Source: Callorhinchus milii | Taxonomy: Eukaryota | DNA length: 54,541 nt | Direction of reading: 5' to 3' | Assembly: GCF_018977255.1 (NCBI RefSeq) | Contig: NW_024705318.1 | Location: 1-54,541 of the forward strand | Shown: positions 10,201 to 20,700 of the stretch, in pieces | How positions within the stretch are numbered: position 1 is the first letter of the stretch | Layout of the letters: every line of letters starts with the position of its first letter | The notes under the pieces: generated by a model | Seen by the model: the letters and a program-made list of their open reading frames with translations, nothing else | Told to the model about the DNA's origin: nothing | Database searches by the model: none | Translations under genes and position numbers: made by a program

Positions 10201-12488
10201 AGATATTCTATCAGGTTCGATTTCAAGACCCTCTCCACTTGTCTTCAAATCCCTTCACCCCAAACCCTTCCCCTCTTCGACCGTGCCTGCGGTCACCTCC
10301 CCCCCCCGCCTCCGTGTCGCGCTCCACCAACAGTGGGACGTTCCCCTGCGTGAGGGGCCCAAGTTTGTGCGATGGAGGCTGAGATCTCTCCCTGGGGTCT
10401 GAACAGTTTTGTGGGTTGTGCGGAGAACCAACGAGTTCCTCGCTTTTGTCTTCCAGATTTCTGATGAGCTTGAGGTGAAGAAGCCGAAAAGTATTATATT
10501 TTTTAGCGGGAAAAGTAAGTCACTCCCATCACCACCATTGTGCTGAGAGTGTTTAATGTGCTTGGGTTATTCCTGCATTCCTGGGTGATGATTGTTCCTG
10601 GGCGTCCGTTGCTTTCTCTCTATTCCCCCGCGGAAGTCAGTAATTGGAATGGCGGGAAGTGGTCACTCTGCGCACGGGAAGTGTCCTCAGCAGCGACCGT
10701 ACAACTACATCAAGTGCAAGGGTTAATAGGATTATTATTATTAGGATTATTATTGTTACTCTCGCTCTCTGGGCTGCGGTTCTTGTACAAGAAGGCGGCG
10801 TTGACCTTATACTTCCGCTTTCTTCCATGTTGCGTGGCCTTCCTCCAACCCGGTCCAGATGTGTCAAAGTCAACCCAAGGTAGGTCCCAACTCGCTGCTG
10901 TTCTCCCTGCCCTCCACCCCTCCTGATCCCAACCCCCCCCCAACTCAAGTCCAAATCCCTGACTGTCCAACGTCTTGGGACGTCCTTCCCGACGTGAAAG
11001 GCGCTGTACAAATGTTATTTTGTATTGCATTCTGATATTGGCTGCTTTGCTTCATTTAGCAGTTTGGTCAATGGCGGGGGCGGGGGTGTGGGCGGGGGAT
11101 TTATTCTCAATTTTAATTACATCACGTCAGCGTTTCATTGAGAATTTATTGTTTGGACATTTATGTCATTTTGTGATAACTCCTTCCAAAAAAATAATAT
11201 TTCAATCCACGACTGGTTTGTGAGTTACTGCTGCGTTTCGCCCACAAAGGACACAGTATATTCTGTGAAGCGCACGGAGGTGGTTCAGCGACAGAAGGCG
11301 CTATATCAAATGCAAGGATTATTATTATTATTATTTTAAGTGGAATTTGGAATAACTGCTGATTGGAGTCCTGTAGCTCAGGGGTTAGAGCACTCGCTTT
11401 GCAAGTGAGAGACCTGAGTTCAATTCCAGGCAGAGGGCGAAACCTTGGGCAAGTTTCCTTACTCCACACAGAGCCTAATAATAATCCCTCCAAAAAAAAC
11501 CAATAATAAATTGGTCATTTTCAATCTACAACTGTTTGTGGGACATTGCTGTGCGCAATTGGCTGCCGCGTTCGCCCACAAATACACAGTCAATTCACTT
11601 TACAGTGTGTTCTGTGAAGCGCTTTGGGCCGTCCTCCCGACGTGAAAAGCGCTATATCAAATGCGAGGATTATTATTATTATTATTGTTAAGGCAAAAGA
11701 TTTATGGAACGATTTTTTCTTCCTCCTCTGTGCCCCCTTCCTTTCCTCGGAACTTTCTGCGTTTCAAGGTGAGAAGAGTTCTTCTGGCTTGCTGGAGTAT
11801 GAATCGAAGAGTGATGCTTTAGAGGCTCTTGTTATGCTCAATCACTACAGGCTAAAAAATCCAGGTAAGTGTTCCCAGAACAGCCAACGTCCAAAACTGC
11901 ACACGATAAGAAAGTGGCATTTGCGTGGCGTCCTGTCGCTCAGCGGTGAGAGCACTCGCCTCGCAAGCGAGAGGGCCCGGGTTCGATTCCCGGGCGGGTC
12001 AGGCGAAACCTTAGGCAAGTTTCCTTACTCCACACGCGCACACTTAGCAGTGAGTCAGAACCCGGTTGTTAGTCGACTGGCGGATCGCTTTCCGGGGGTA
12101 ATATCTCCTTCCAAAAGGTAATCAGAATAAATTGGTCACTTCAACCCACGACTGTTTGTGGGACACTGCCGCGCGCAATTGGCTGCCGCGTTCCACCCAC
12201 AAAATCCACAGTCACTGCACTTTACGGTATACCCTGTGAAGCGCTCTTGAGACGTCTCGAAGACGTGATGAGGCGCTACATCAAATGCAAGGATTATTGC
12301 TGCGGACTTTGGTGTCGCTGACCGTGCAGTCCAGCGATTTGGGACGTCGTCCTCAAGTGAAAGGTGACGTGCAAGTGTAATTTGTCGTCGTTGTTTGTCG
12401 TCGAACACACGTGTCCTAAACGGTAACCTTCCTTCGGACAGATGGACCAGATCTGTTCACTCTCAAGCTGTGTTTCTCCACCACCTAA
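7208..12488 (+). CDS. hnRNP L-like paralogue (tandem duplicate), exons 7-13 only: linker, Pro-rich region, RRM3 and RRM4
   Basis: Exons join(<7208..7258, 9029..9336, 9719..9843, 10013..10214, 10457..10514, 11769..11864, 12442..12488). All introns are GT-AG and the frame stays open. It reads [16 protein letters not shown] / [31 protein letters not shown] / [24 protein letters not shown] / [25 protein letters not shown] / [19 protein letters not shown] / [21 protein letters not shown] / [14 protein letters not shown]. Exon sizes 202/58/96 equal those of the downstream HNRNPL. The 5' end of exon 7 is in the gap, and exons 1-6 are not in the window. Confidence 0.9.
7788..8270 (-). mobile_element. 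CR1-type LINE 3' fragment
   Basis: Reverse complement of the same 3' UTR and ORF2 end as at 1370-1665. Confidence 0.75.
8389..8790 (+). mobile_element. SINE copy
   Basis: tRNA-like head with GGGTTCGATTCC, GGGCAAGTTTC core and (TTA/TCA)n tail. Confidence 0.8.
9342..9590 (+). mobile_element. L2-type LINE 3' fragment
   Basis: FKALHGLAP...APTLWNS...[15 protein letters not shown], the L2 ORF2 C-terminal pattern. Confidence 0.7.
11365..11689 (+). mobile_element. Full-length tRNA(Ala)-derived SINE (reference copy)
   Basis: Head TGTAGCTCAGGGGTTAGAGCACTCGC-TTTGCAA-GTGAGAGACCTGAGTTCAATTCC (A-box, TGC anticodon loop, B-box), a conserved core, a 3' hairpin AGCGC..ACGT..GCGCT and a (TTA)n tail. Confidence 0.9.
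11929..12298 (+). mobile_element. SINE copy
   Basis: Head GCTCAGCGGTGAGAGCACTCGCCTCGCAAGCGAG, core, and tail GAGACGTCTCGAAGACGTG...ATGCAAGGATTATT. Confidence 0.85.
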
Positions 12489-12879
12489 TCCCGACTGAGC
12501 CCAGAGACGTCAAGGCCCCCTCAACGATCATTGCTTTCCACGTAAAACAATTTTTGTTCCCCCCGAGTCCAAACGATAATTTTTTTTTTTTTTCTTTTTT
12601 TTTTTTATTCACCGGATGCGGCGGCTTCTTGGAGTACAATTTGTATGTTTTTCAGCCAGACGGCAGAATTTTGTTATACTCTGTCCTGTAGTTTTTCTTA
12701 GAATTATTGGTTAACAAACGTGTGTTGCATTCCGTGATTCAAGTGTTGAAGATTGTGTGATTGTTGAATTACTGAAAGACGCACTCACTCCTGCACTGTG
12801 TAAAACTGTACACTAAGTGTGACAGCTATTAAGTATTAAGTAAAAAGGTCCTTTCAGTCCCGGTGGTTCTTTGTGCATT

Positions 12880-13232
12880 GGTGTCGGTGGCAGAAAGAGG
12901 ACGTGGGTTCGATTCCCGTGTCAGGGCGAAACTTTGGGCCAGTTTTCTGACCCCACTCGCCTCGTGTTTGCCTCGCAGTAAGCAGCCAACCGGGTTGTTA
13001 GTCGGTTGGCGGATCCCTCTTCCCGGAATTATAATTATAATAACTTGGTCCCTCAATTCCACGACTGTTGGTGGGGACGCTGCTGCGCGCAATTGGCTTC
13101 CGCGTTTCGTCCACAAAACATACAGTCAGTTCGCGTTACAGTATATTCCGTGAAGCGCTTCGAGACGTCATCAAAGGCGCAATAAGGCGCTAAATCAAAT
13201 GCAAGAGATTATTATTATTTATTATTATTATT
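12880..13232 (+). mobile_element. SINE copy
   Basis: B-box GGGTTCGATTCC, core and (TTA)n tail. Confidence 0.75.
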
Positions 13233-14241
13233 ATATTCCCATCGGTTGGTTTCCACGCGCTTCAGCACTCATTTTACCGACCGGGGGGGGGGGGGGGGGG
13301 GTTTCGCTCCACGTAACGATCAAGTGTTGGCACATCAGGAATTGACAACTTGGGGAGTCTGCGCGTTGTTTTTGTGACTCCTTCACCGGTGGTGGTGGTG
13401 GTGGGGGTGGGGGGGGGGGTGGGGTGTGATGTTCCTCGGCAGACGGTGTGAGCAAGTTTGAATAAATTGCTCCTAAATTGAGATCCGAGCGTACGTGACG
13501 CAGCCTTGGAGCTCCGGGGTGAAGAAATCTGCATCCGCGCTAGGACAGTTGAGACAGGAATAGGACAGGTCACGGCGCACGAAGCCTTGGGCAAGTTTCC
13601 TTACTCCACACGCGCGCGCACGCACACGCGCGCGCGCCTCTGTTAACCTGGGGGGTGGGGGGGTAACAATTCCTTCGAAAAAAATAAAAGGACTAAATCA
13701 ACCAAATGATAATTTGGTCCCTCAATTCCACGACTGTTTGTGGGGACGCTGCCCGGCGCCGGGTTTCGCCCCGCGGTCACCTCACTTTGCAGCGTATCCC
13801 CGGGAAGCGCTTTTGAGACGTTCCCTTCGACCGTGCCTTCAGCGCCCCTCGCGACTCTCTTACCCCCTCCTCGCTCCCCTCCCTCCCCCCCCCCCGACCA
13901 TTCCCCCGCCCTCCCCCAGTGCTCGGGTCCCGAGCCGACCGTCCAGCGCCCCGGGACGTCCTCCCGACGTGAAAAGGCGCTCCGTAAATGCAATCGCGGC
14001 GGTGGTGGTGTTGTTGTCGTCGTCTCGTCGACGCGACGGGGGTCGAATGCGAGGATTGTTATTGTTTTTATTCGCGGGGGGGGGGGCGGCGGCGGTGGTG
14101 GGGGTGGGGGGGGGGGGGGGGGGAGACGGCAAAATACCGCAGATGCCGGAAGTGGCCGGGAACACGCAACGGGTCAGGCAGCATCTATGGAGAGAGAGAG
14201 AGAGAGAGGACAGTGACTTAAGGATTCTCCATAGATGCTGC

Positions 14242-14587
14242 CCAATCAGTGAAGGAGGACCAATCAGAGGGCCGCACACCTCGCCGCCGGGGCCAATCAG
14301 AGCCCAGGGACGCTTGACGCGGAGGTCCAATCACGAGTCGAGGACAAGGGGCCGGGGGGGAGGGGTCGCTCGGCGGCGTCCAATCAGAGCGGAGGAAGCT
14401 TCGCGCCGGGGACCCAATCAGAGCGAAGCCAGCGTCACGCCGCGAGCCGGGGAGCGCGCGGGGTCCAATCAGGGTCGAGGACTGGACCAATCGGAAGCGG
14501 GGAGGGAGGGCGGCGCCCCGGTCAGAGCAGCCAATCAGAACGGACGCGGACGGATGGGCGGGCGGGGACTGCGCGACGCTGGCCAAT
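14242..14587 (+). promoter_or_regulatory. HNRNPL promoter: ten same-strand CCAAT (NF-Y-type) boxes in a CpG island
   Basis: CCAAT at 14242, 14260, 14293, 14327, 14380, 14414, 14465, 14487, 14531 and 14583, mostly in the context CCAATCAG. The array ends about 120 bp before the ATG at 14706. Confidence 0.85.
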
Positions 14588-14705
14588 GAGCGTCGAGGAA
14601 AACGGGGGGGGCGGGGCCGGGACGAGAGCGAGGGGGGGACCGGGGGCTGCGCGCGCAGCCGGTGTGCGGGCGGGGGAGGGGTGTTTTTTTTTAAGCGCGC
14701 GCGCC

Positions 14706-17700
14706 ATGTTGTCCGCTCGCAGTCACAGCGAAGCCGAGGCCGGCGGCATCGAGGAGGGCGAGATGGCGTCCACCAGGCAGCAGATCTACGACGGGCGGGC
14801 GGCCAAGCGTCAGCGGACCGAGAACGACGGCGGCGGCGGGAGGGTGAGGGCGACAAACGTCGTTTATCCGCGCGCGGGTGCGCGAAAAAAAACCAACCCC
14901 CCCCCTCCCCTCCCCCCCCACCACCGTCCCGTCGTTTTCCTTCCGACGGGAGGGAGGGGAGAGGAGAAAAGAAGATGGGAGGAGGGAGGAGGAGAAGGGG
15001 GAAGGGGAATGGCGGCGGTGGGAAGGAGGGAAGGAAATGGCGGCGGTGGAGGAGGAGGAGACGGAGAGGAGTCGAAACGACCGTTGGGGTTTTTTTTCTC
15101 TCTCTCCTGTGTGTGTGTGTGTGTGTGTGAGGTAAAAGAAAATGGCCGCCGTTTGGTGGCGTCGTCGAGCGGGAGAGAGGGAATGGGGGGGGGGGAGGGG
15201 AGGGAGAGAGGGGGGGGGGTAGAGGGATGAGGAGAGAGGGGGAAGCGGGAGAGAGAGTGAGTGGGGGGGAGGGAGGGAGGGACGGGGGGTGCGGGGGGCG
15301 GAGTAGTGAGGGAGAGAGGGGAGAAGAGCGGGCGCGGCGGCTCCCAATATCTCTCTCTCTCTCCCCCTCAGTGCGTCTCTCTTTCTCTCTCTCTCTCTCC
15401 CGTTTTTTTTCCGCCTTCCTCTCGTCACCCCCCAACGCGCGCCGGGGCGGCCCCCAGGCCCGAGGCCCTTCACCTACCACGTGGCTCCCTCTCTTCTCCC
15501 CCCATCCCCCCCCCCCCCCCGCCCCCCTCCTCAACAAAAGCACACGCACAGCGTCTCCTCTGTCCTCCCCTCTCATGGCCTCTTCTCTCCCCTCCACCAC
15601 ACAAAAAAACACCCACCCACCCACCCACACAGCGTCTCCTCTGTCTCTCCCCTCATGGCCTCTTCTCTCCCTCTCCCCCCCCCCCCCCACCACACAAAAA
15701 AACACACACAGCGTCTCTGTTCCCCCCCTCATGGCCTCTTCTCTCCCCCCCCCCCCCCAACAAAAACACACACACACAGTGTCTCTGTGTCTCCCCTCAT
15801 GGCCTCTTCTCTTCCCCCCCTCCCCCCCCAACAAAAACACACACACACAGCATCTCCTCTGTCTCCCCCTCATGGCCTCTTCGCTTCTCTTCCCCCCCCC
15901 CACAAAAAGAACACGCACACAGCATCTGTGTCCCCCCTCATGGCCTCTTCTCTTCCCCCCCCCCCCAACAAAAATACGCGCACACATACAGCGTCTGTCC
16001 GTCCGTCCCCCTCATGGCCTCTTCTCCCCCCCCCCCCCCCCTCCCAACAAAAACACGCACCAAAACAGCGTCTGTCCCCCCCCCTCATGGCCTCTTCTCT
16101 CTCCCCCCCCCCCAACAAAAACACGCACACACCCAGCGTCTGTGTCCCCCCCCCTCATGGCCTCTTCTCTCCCCCAGCCCCCCAACAAAAACACACGCGC
16201 GCGCGCACACACATCGTCTCTGTGTCCCCGTCCCCCCCCTCATGGCCTCTTCTCTTCCCCCTCCCCCCCCCCAGCCTTTCTTTCCCCTTCCTTCTCTTCT
16301 CCCGCTCCCTCTTTCTCCCCCCTCATGGCCTCTTTTCTTTCCTCCCATCCTTTCTTTTTCCCAATCCTTTCTTCCCTCCCTTTTCTCTCTCCACCCCCCC
16401 TCTCTTCTCTCTTCCACCCCCTTCTCTCTTCCACCCCCCCTCTCTTTTCTCTCTCTCCCCCCTCTTCTCTTCCCCCACCACCCCCTCAGCTATTTTACCC
16501 CCATTTCCCCTCCAAAGGGAATGTTCATCAACATGACATCAGGTGCAGTTGGACGTCATGGGGACTTGCCACAAATGGCATGTAGATTGTGCTGCTGACT
16601 TGTTTCTTCTCTCTTAACATAGGATGGTGGTTTTCTCGAAGACCCTCACAAGCCATCACCATCGGCAGTGGTCCATGTGAGAGGGCTGTCTGATGGCGTA
16701 ATGGAGGCAGACCTGGTGGAGGCACTGCAGGAGTTTGGTGCGATCAGGTAAACACGAGTTGGGATGGGAACGGAAGCCCGCGAACGGGGGAAATCCGGAG
16801 TGGTAACGCTGTGTGGGGAGAAAAAGTGGTCAATTTACTACGCCTATTTGTGGGGCACCGCTGTGACACAATCGGCTGCCGCGTTTCGCCCACAAAGTTT
16901 ACGGTCGATTTACTTTGAAGGGCCTCGAAGACACGATAAAGCGCTGGGTCAAAAGCTTGGTTTGGGCTCGGTTGCAAAGGGAATGTTTAACCTTACGAGT
17001 GTTTTGCCTGTTCTTAAGTAGGACCATTTTTAAGAATTTCTGCGGTCCATTACACCAATGCATACATTGCGTGTTGCCGAATGCAGCAGCTGGTCATGCC
17101 TTTGAGTCGAGCTGGTCCCTAGTTCCACTCCTCTTATGGCAGCGTTCATCAGCCGCAGCTGGTGGTGCAGCGATCTGCTGTGTTGGTTTCCGCGTGTGAA
17201 GGACATGACTGGCTCTTTGCTCCCAAGGTGGAACCTTACTGAGTTGTTTCCCCAGTTTACCTCTTGCCCCCACAGCTGGGGGTTACGCTTTTTAAGGTTC
17301 CCACAGACTTTATGAATTGGTCTTAAATGATTTAATAATGGATATTATTAAAAATGATTCACCCAGACCGCGCTAAGATCAAGGAAATAATAATTCTTCA
17401 GCAGTGTTGGATTATTTTAACTCATTTACCCGCGTCCCCACCGTTGTACTACCGCGTCCTGACCCCGATGTGGTTGGTGTGCGCAGCTATGTGGTGATGA
17501 TGCCCAAGAAGCGACAGGCGTTGGTGGAGTTTGAAGACCTGAACGGAGCATGCGCCTGTGTCAACTATGCAGCCGAGAGCCAGATCTACGTCGGAGCCCA
17601 GCCTGCCTTTGTCAACTACTCGACCAGCCAGAAGATCTCCCGGCCCGGCGACTCCGACGATTCCAGAAACGTCAACAACATCCTTCTCTTCACCGTGATC

Positions 17701-20700
17701 AACCCCGTCTACCCTGTTACAACGGTCAGTGATCTCCTCCCTCGGCAGCCAACGGTGTTCATTGTTCGGGAGGGATTTGCGACCGATGCTGCGTGTTGGT
17801 AGGGAGGGGTGAGCATAGCAGCCAAGGCTGGTGGTGGCGGAGGAGCCGAAACATTGGTAACTAGGCCACAACGTGAGACACGCACAAAGTGTGTTGGAGT
17901 TACTGCCTGCTGGTTGCTCTGCTTGTTTCTCAGTGTTGATGTGCATGCGATTCTAGCACCTTATTGTGTCGGAGGTGTTCACCGCTTCCCCTGGCGCTGC
18001 ACCAGCAGGTACTTGCAGAAAGTTAGTTAAGTGCCAGCACAGAGGGTGCAATATCAGTTTGTGTTTGTGCACGGGGGTGGGTTACTTCCTTGCGTTTAGA
18101 TTTCATTTGTTGTGGTACGTCGGTTGGCAGATCGCTTTTCCGGGGTGGGGGGGGTGAGTAAACCCTTCCAAAAAAATAATGAAAAGAGTACAACTGTTTG
18201 TGCACCATTGGCTGCCGAGTTTCTCCCACAAAATATAAGTCAATTCACTTTACGGTATATCCTGGGAGGTGTTTGTTTTGTGAAATGATTTTGAGCTGTT
18301 GGTTGTGCAAGTTGACATGGCCTCATATGGGTTTGGGTTCTCTCTGCACGTGGGGAAGCTGGAGATGAGCGGGTGATGGGTGTCAATACTTCAACTGACT
18401 GACCTGTTCTCTTCCAGGATGTGTTGTACACCATCTGCAATCCGTGTGGGCCTGTGCAGAGAATTGTAATATTCCGCAAGAATGGAGTCCAAGCAATGGT
18501 GGAATATCCTTCACGTAGACGGCTTCAAAAGGCCCCTTTTAAGGGTTTTGTTTAACCTGATCTTGCCTCCGTTAGCGTTGTCTTTGAAGAACGGGGGGGG
18601 ATTGATGTGCGTGCTGCTGGCTGAGGATAGTCAAGCACTTGTCTCCCTCCCCAATCGCTGATTTGGTGGCTCTTTTGCTGTCTGGATCCTGTTGATCCGA
18701 TGCTAGGAGTCCTGTGGTTAGAGCACTCGCCTCGCAAGCGATAATTTGGACACTCAATCCACCCTTAGAGCTCTCACAACCCCCGCACAGTAAACTCCTG
18801 ATAACTTGTCCCTGGCTTAACTGGTCACTACCAATTAACCCATCACGTAGTCGATATCCTGTCCGCATTTATTTATGCATTTATAATCCAAGTCCGTTTG
18901 TGGGGTGTCGCTGGGCGCAGTTGGCTGCCGTGTTTCGCCCACAAAATACACATTCAATTCGCTTAAGAGTATACCCTGCAAAGCGCTTTGAGACATCTTG
19001 ACAGCATAATAAGGCGCTATTTCAAATGCAAAAATGCTTATTATTACTAAAACAACAGAGCTTCTGTGCGTTTGTTGCTGAGGCTGTGTCAGAACGCTCT
19101 GGAAGCCTCCTTCAGCCGTGCCTAATTTGGCACGAGTTTCCAGCTTTGTAAGGGTTTACGCACGTCTTGTGTGTGTTTTTTTTTGTTGCGTCCTTAACTT
19201 CAAGCACATTCGACTCAGTGCAGAGTGCTCAGAGAGCCAAAGCCTCTCTCAACGGAGCCGACATTTACTCTGGGTGCTGCACTTTGAAGATCGAGTACGC
19301 AAAGGTAGGAACTCTTCGTTTACAGCTTTACCTTTGTGGGTCTGTAAGGGGACGGCAATAAGTTGAATCGCAATCGTGTTATCGCCTTGGGACGAGTCAC
19401 GACTAACCTATGAATTGTTCCTTGTAGCCTACTCGTTTGAATGTCTTCAAAAATGATCCAGATACTTGGGACTATACGAACCCTAACCTGGGAGGACAAG
19501 GTAATATCATCCGTTTAGTATGCGATGTTTTAGATTTACTGAATGCTGAATGAATTTAGTTGACTGGTGCCTTTTACTGTGCGGACACATTTCCATTTTA
19601 TTTTTCGGAAACTGCATCCACATTTAACCCTACAACCATATTTTACAGTTCTAACTTTGGTGCTGTCAGTTATTCTCCTGAGTTCAGAAAAGCTTCCAGC
19701 AACATTGGACTGTTGTGGCCCATAGACTTTAGAACCCAATTTGTCCGGTCCTGTGGGGGTGAGGGGATTGGAACAACTTAATTTCCGTTGGTTTGATGGA
19801 AGGGATCCCAACTCCAGCACAGAGATGGCCTTGTTCTGTGCTGTAAACTTCTACGGTTCGAATTTCTGCCTTTTTTCTTTTAAAAAAAAAAAGACAAGTC
19901 AGTGAATCGCTCTTAAGCCCAGTGTTCAGCCTGCTTTGCATGGCAGGATAGATTGTCTTACCAATTTTTTTTTTTGGTGGGGGGGGTGGGGGGGCGCTTC
20001 CTTTTTTCCGCTTGAAATAGTTCTGTCTGTCTGGCGTGCTGTCGTGCAACAGCTGTCGACTCCACTCCGGATGCTCTCCGTGCCTCTGATCAGCTTTAGT
20101 GGTGGGTTTGAAGTGCATTCAAACTTCCCCCACTCGTACTTACACACTTTTACTCTGAAGCCACTTATGCCGCAGCCATTGATCTTNAAAAAAAAGGAGC
20201 CAAAAAGAGCCCATTTAGCAGCCTCCATTTTGCCAACGCGTAGGATTTGAAGGTGTCCCCGAGTGCTGTTCAAACGAGTGCTTATCCACTGAGTCCAGTT
20301 TTCATCGGTAGGAATTTCGGGCTTAAACCGGTGCTTTGTGTCATCCAGGGCAGCCTCTTTCTATCCAGCGTTCTGTGCAGCAGCTAAATACTTTCTTGGA
20401 GGCTTGTCCTCTTGTTGGAGAGAGATTTTCTTCATTGGTTTTGGTAAAGTTTTCAGACTTCAAGCCAGCCGCGACGAGACAGCTCACGTCAAGCCTTCCA
20501 GTTTTACTTTACTCACTGATTAATATTTCCGACCTTTCCACGATCGCAAGCTTATTTCTGTGCAGGGTCCCGACAGCCCAGAACTTGCCCCTTCTAATAA
20601 AGTCGTCCGTCTGGGTGTGTCATTTTCTAGGTACTTGGAAGGAAATGGTTGTAGGCGCACATCTTCCTGCTCTTATCTGATCGTGAGGTGAAACGTGCAC

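Noticed and set aside
11365-11440. tRNA-Ala(TGC)-like sequence
   Set aside because: It is a SINE head: no proper acceptor stem, and it continues into the repeat core and tail.
7208-12488. Upstream gene being HNRNPLL or a haplotype duplicate of HNRNPL
   Set aside because: Residues and the Pro-rich linker are L-type. Introns are unrelated and many amino acids differ, so it is not an allelic copy.
14218-16598. Long ORFs of 350-590 aa on both strands
   Set aside because: They arise from the GC-rich promoter and the stop-poor minisatellite, and the translations are low-complexity.
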